From: an uncultured Clostridium sp.
Lineage (GTDB): Bacteria > Bacillota > Clostridia > TANB77 > CAG-508
Reading direction: 5' to 3'
DNA length: 64,000 nt
Assembly: GCA_900551615.1 (NCBI GenBank)
Contig: URWN01000005.1
Span: forward strand, 1,987-65,986
The notes below the pieces were generated by a model, which had not been told where the DNA came from, ran no database searches, and saw only the letters and a list, made by a program, of their open reading frames with translations. Of the stretch, positions 60,779-64,000 are shown in pieces. Positions within the stretch are counted from its first letter, which is position 1; each line of letters opens with the position of its first letter. The translations under genes and the position numbers were made by a program.

Positions 60779-61554
60779 CTTCTTCTTTTTCCTCCTTTGT
60801 TTTTAGCAATCTCAAAACTGTATAATGGTATTGATGCAATTACTGGCACATTACAAAGCTTTTCAACCTCTTCTGAACTTTTTATTGTTGTATCTAACAT
60901 ATTTGCAACTAATACAAATACTATGGCAACAAATAAACCTACAAATGTAAACATTATAACATCTTTTGCATGATTTATATTAGATGGTGTTGTACTTATT
61001 TCTGCTTGATCTAAAATTTGTACATTGTTTATATTATAAATTTCAGATACTTTTTGAGTAAAAACTTTTGCTATTTCATTAGCTATGTTATATGCATTTG
61101 TTGCATTTTTATCTGTTACAGATATTTTTATTAATTCCGTATCTTTTACGGAACTTACTGTTATACTATTTCTTAACTCATCTTCTGTTTCATCAATTCC
61201 CAAATTTGAAATAACTTGCCTTGTTACATTTTTACTCTTTACTAATTCACTATATGTTGATACTAATTTAGAGTTTAATGTTATATCACTTGTTGTTATT
61301 GTATTAGTCTTAGAATTTGAACTTTCTGATGTTGCTAACAATAATGTTGTTGAAGATGTATATTTAGGTGTAATAAATCCTACTGAATATATAATTCCTA
61401 TAAACATAAAAATAATAGTTATAAGTATAATACTTACCTTTTTATTCCAAAATAACATTATAAATTCTTTTAAATCAACTTCTTCCATTTTTCCTCTCCT
61501 TTTATCTTCCGAATTAAACATTAATATTTTATCATACTGTATTTTTAGTATCAA
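60775..61554 (-). CDS. polysaccharide chain-length determinant / BY-kinase transmembrane activator (CpsC/Wzz-like)
   Basis: Two TM helices flank a periplasmic domain of about 150 aa. C-terminal basic tail GGKRRR. Confidence 0.75.
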   Translation of the reverse strand: MILKIQYDKILMFNSEDKRRGKMEEVDLKEFIMLFWNKKVSIILITIIFMFIGIIYSVGFITPKYTSSTTLLLATSESSNSKTNTITTSDITLNSKLVSTYSELVKSKNVTRQVISNLGIDETEDELRNSITVSSVKDTELIKISVTDKNATNAYNIANEIAKVFTQKVSEIYNINNVQILDQAEISTTPSNINHAKDVIMFTFVGLFVAIVFVLVANMLDTTIKSSEEVEKLCNVPVIASIPLYSFEIAKNKGGKRRR

Positions 61555-61571
61555 GTAATTTTATAAAAAAA

Positions 61572-62681
61572 TTACATTTGGTACATATATTTTATAAAAT
61601 CTTTTTTAGCTTTTTCTGTATCTGTTACATATAGATATGCATTGTTTTCATAAATTTCGTTACTATATTCCAATGCTGGCAACATTACTGAAGTAATATT
61701 GTTTAAATATTCATTTTTATTAGATATAAAATCTGGTAACATTGCTGTATATTTTGCTACATTTATATTTGTTGTTACTTGGCTTAATATTAAATCTAAT
61801 ATTCTTGATATTTCTTTTGGTTCTTTACTTGCAATTTTATTAAGCATAGAAATAAATACGTCTCTTTGTCTTCTTGTTCTTCCATAATCGCCATGTTCAC
61901 TATTTTTGTTGTTTGTTCCAGACATTCTTTCTTTCACATATGCCGCTGCTTGTTCTCCTGTTAAAGTAACTTTTCCATATCTAGTAAGTTTTTTTGTTGG
62001 TTTTCCTGAAAACTTGTAAAACATGTCTACATATTCATTTACCCATTTCATTTCATCTTGTGTAACATTTACTTCTACTCCGCCTAATTCATTTATGATG
62101 TCATACATAGAAGATATGTTTATTGTTACATATTCTTTTAAATTTAAGTCAAATGTTTGATTAACTGTTTTTAAGGCTAATTGTTCTTTCCCTGTTGCAA
62201 ATGCGTAATTTATTTTATATCTGTTTTTTACTCCATCTATTTTTGCTGCTGTATCTCTTGGGATACTTATTAATTTTATGCTTTTATATTTTGGATTTAC
62301 AGATATAATCATCATAGCATCACTATTTCCACCATATGTATCACTCATATCTTTTGAGTCAGAACCTAAAAGCATTATATTTATTACTTGATCATATTCC
62401 TTTTTTGTTAATCCTTCAATTTCACTATAAATATCATCATTTGTTCCTAAATCGTTCTCATCTAAATCTTGAAAATTTATCTTTGAAAATTTTCCATTTA
62501 TAAATGTTCCTGCTACTATTCCGAATGCTATTATTATTACTAATATTACTATTAAAATTATTTTTATTATTTTACCTTTTTTTCCTTTTTGTTTTTTTGT
62601 TTTTTCCTTTTCTGCTGAGTGTTTTCCTGCTTTTTTTCTTTTTTCTTGTTCTTCTTCCATTTTTTCTCCCTCTAGATTCAT
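61572..62681 (-). CDS. LytR-CpsA-Psr (LCP) family phosphotransferase
   Basis: N-terminal basic cytoplasmic tail, single TM, then the LCP core (IMLLGSDSKD...SDAMMIISVNP...ISIPRDT). Confidence 0.85.
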   Translation of the reverse strand: MNLEGEKMEEEQEKRKKAGKHSAEKEKTKKQKGKKGKIIKIILIVILVIIIAFGIVAGTFINGKFSKINFQDLDENDLGTNDDIYSEIEGLTKKEYDQVINIMLLGSDSKDMSDTYGGNSDAMMIISVNPKYKSIKLISIPRDTAAKIDGVKNRYKINYAFATGKEQLALKTVNQTFDLNLKEYVTINISSMYDIINELGGVEVNVTQDEMKWVNEYVDMFYKFSGKPTKKLTRYGKVTLTGEQAAAYVKERMSGTNNKNSEHGDYGRTRRQRDVFISMLNKIASKEPKEISRILDLILSQVTTNINVAKYTAMLPDFISNKNEYLNNITSVMLPALEYSNEIYENNAYLYVTDTEKAKKDFIKYMYQM

Positions 62682-62769
62682 TTTTATTTTACTATAATAT
62701 CATATATTTTTTTGAAGAAAAAGTAAAGTGTTTTTAAGATATTATTTATTTTTTCGACAAAAAAAATTA

Positions 62770-64000
62770 TTAATAAATCCATTTTTCAAAAATATTCATT
62801 ATTTCATTATCATTTTTCTCAATATAATCAAACAAAATATCTAAAATACCACCATAGATTTTACATCTAAACTCCTTTGGATATTTAGCATAAATATTCT
62901 CATCTTGTGCTAAATTAATAACAGGACATGTACCACAATAAGGTGTATAAACGCAGCCACTGCAAGAAGGTAAACATTCAATACAAGAAGAAATACACAT
63001 TGCTTTTGTAGAGTTGCATTCCATCAAATCTCTATATGAACTTTCTTCAATATTGCCTAATTTAAAACTATCATCTCCCATTTCTGATAACATTCTTCCC
63101 TCATCACATGTGTAAATGTTTCCATCATAATAGTATGCAAGTTGGCCTATTGCCCCTCCACAAGGAGAACGCAATTCCATATAATTAATTGGACTGTTTC
63201 TTAGAATTTTTTTCAACAAAATACTACCATGTCCTTCTATTAAGTTTTTCCCTTCTTTATTTTTTTGTAGAATATATTCTAATACTTTTTTATAAAACTC
63301 CAAAAATTCTTCTGCATCATATCCTATTTTTTTCCAGTTATTATCTGCTTTTCCCAATTTTGTTAATGGCCTTATAAATATATTTTCTAATCCTAAATTT
63401 ATATATTCATCAACAATTTCTTTATAATTTTCTAAACTATATTTAGTTGTAGTTTCAATTGCACTAATATTTTTCCCATTTTCTCTTAACATTTTTATTT
63501 TATTAACAGTTTCTTCATAAGAATCTTTATTTGCATATGGCCTATTTTTGTTTTGAATTTTTCTATTTCCATCAATTGATGTACATATTGATACATTATT
63601 TTCTATAAAAAATTGCATCATTTCATCAGTAAGTAATGTTAAATTAGATACCAAATTATACTCAATGTTTTTTTCATTTCCCGCTTCTTTTGAATATTCT
63701 ATTATGTATTTTATGACATCAAAATTAGTTAATGGTTCTCCTCCCTGAAATTCAAAAGTGAGATAATCACTAGGTGACTGTAATGCTATATCTACAGCCT
63801 TTTTTGCTGTATCTTTTGTCATCTTATACTCCTCTTTTTGATTCAAGTTTCCAGCCTGGCAATATATACAATTGAAATTACAGTTTTTACTAACAACAAA
63901 TATATGTAATGTTGTTGGGACTAATAAATACTCTTTTTGTTTTCTTACTTCTAAAGATGCCTCTGTTGCAAAAACTTCATTTCTACCTTCAAATATAAAA
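62770..64000 (-). CDS. radical SAM protein with SPASM domain (anSME-like maturase), 5' end beyond window
   Basis: The frame stays open upstream of the tracked Met (63846) to the window edge and contains the CNFNCIYC radical-SAM Cx3Cx2C cluster at about 63900. FEFQGGEPL and a C-terminal Cys-rich SPASM region (CGGAIG...CDEG...CISSCIECLPSCSGCVYTPYCGTCP) are present. Confidence 0.75.
   Translation of the reverse strand, partial: FIFEGRNEVFATEASLEVRKQKEYLLVPTTLHIFVVSKNCNFNCIYCQAGNLNQKEEYKMTKDTAKKAVDIALQSPSDYLTFEFQGGEPLTNFDVIKYIIEYSKEAGNEKNIEYNLVSNLTLLTDEMMQFFIENNVSICTSIDGNRKIQNKNRPYANKDSYEETVNKIKMLRENGKNISAIETTTKYSLENYKEIVDEYINLGLENIFIRPLTKLGKADNNWKKIGYDAEEFLEFYKKVLEYILQKNKEGKNLIEGHGSILLKKILRNSPINYMELRSPCGGAIGQLAYYYDGNIYTCDEGRMLSEMGDDSFKLGNIEESSYRDLMECNSTKAMCISSCIECLPSCSGCVYTPYCGTCPVINLAQDENIYAKYPKEFRCKIYGGILDILFDYIEKNDNEIMNIFEKWIY

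Noticed and set aside
1-64000. CRISPR arrays, rRNA genes, toxin-antitoxin pairs or recognisable defence-system ATPase/nuclease genes
   Set aside because: No evenly spaced short direct repeats with unique spacers were seen, and no rRNA-like conserved stretches. None of the large ORFs carries helicase, nuclease or STAND-NTPase signatures.

Overview
This is a very AT-rich (about 25% GC) chromosomal window from a low-GC Firmicute with Clostridia-like gene content (PadR, UPF0182, type-2 IleRS behind a T-box, sortase, BY-kinase capsule module). Most genes lie on the minus strand. The main blocks are as follows.

- 192-5054: a frameshifted M14 peptidase, then a MacB-like ABC exporter (a permease with two FtsX domains plus its ATPase).
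- 5.2-25.0 kb: a co-directional accessory cluster dominated by exporters. It holds 4 MFS, 2 MOP-like, 1 MATE and 1 fused ABC exporter, mixed with small phosphoester- and nucleoside-processing enzymes (HAD, histidine phosphatase, HD, nucleoside hydrolase) and two GNAT acetyltransferases. A two-component system sits at its upstream end. A nucleoside hydrolase domain is tandemly duplicated here, and the extra copy is decayed.
- 25-32 kb: a MecA-type PBP, thioredoxin, a frameshifted trxB, a pentapeptide-repeat protein, dgkA, hemolysin-III and a cytoplasmic alpha-amylase.
- 32-40 kb: tyrS, a UPF0182 protein, ftsY and a PadR unit.
- 40447-40522: tRNA-Thr(CGU) is followed directly by a large serine recombinase. 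The downstream cargo carries two C26 gamma-glutamyl-hydrolase paralogs, a HAD nucleotidase, a higher-GC pseudogene patch and a Sel1 protein.
- 47.9-51.5 kb: an alpha/beta-hydrolase, a membrane-anchored Mur-ligase (MurF-like but with its N-terminal domain replaced by four TM helices) and an extended D-Ala-D-Ala ligase. This is the most unusual module in the window.
- 52-64 kb: ileS with a T-box leader and an interposed DUF1653 ORF, sortase, glmM, and a CpsA/B/C/D-like capsule regulatory module that ends in a SPASM radical-SAM gene running off the window.

Non-coding structure includes nested perfect inverted repeats at 34117-34321, a family of CAAAAGGGACG palindromic hairpins sitting just upstream of ribosome-binding sites, and a second repeated terminator motif. 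At least three genes carry frameshifts (M14 peptidase, trxB, and a gene in the higher-GC patch). From sequence alone these cannot be told apart from assembly indels. No CRISPR array or rRNA was seen.
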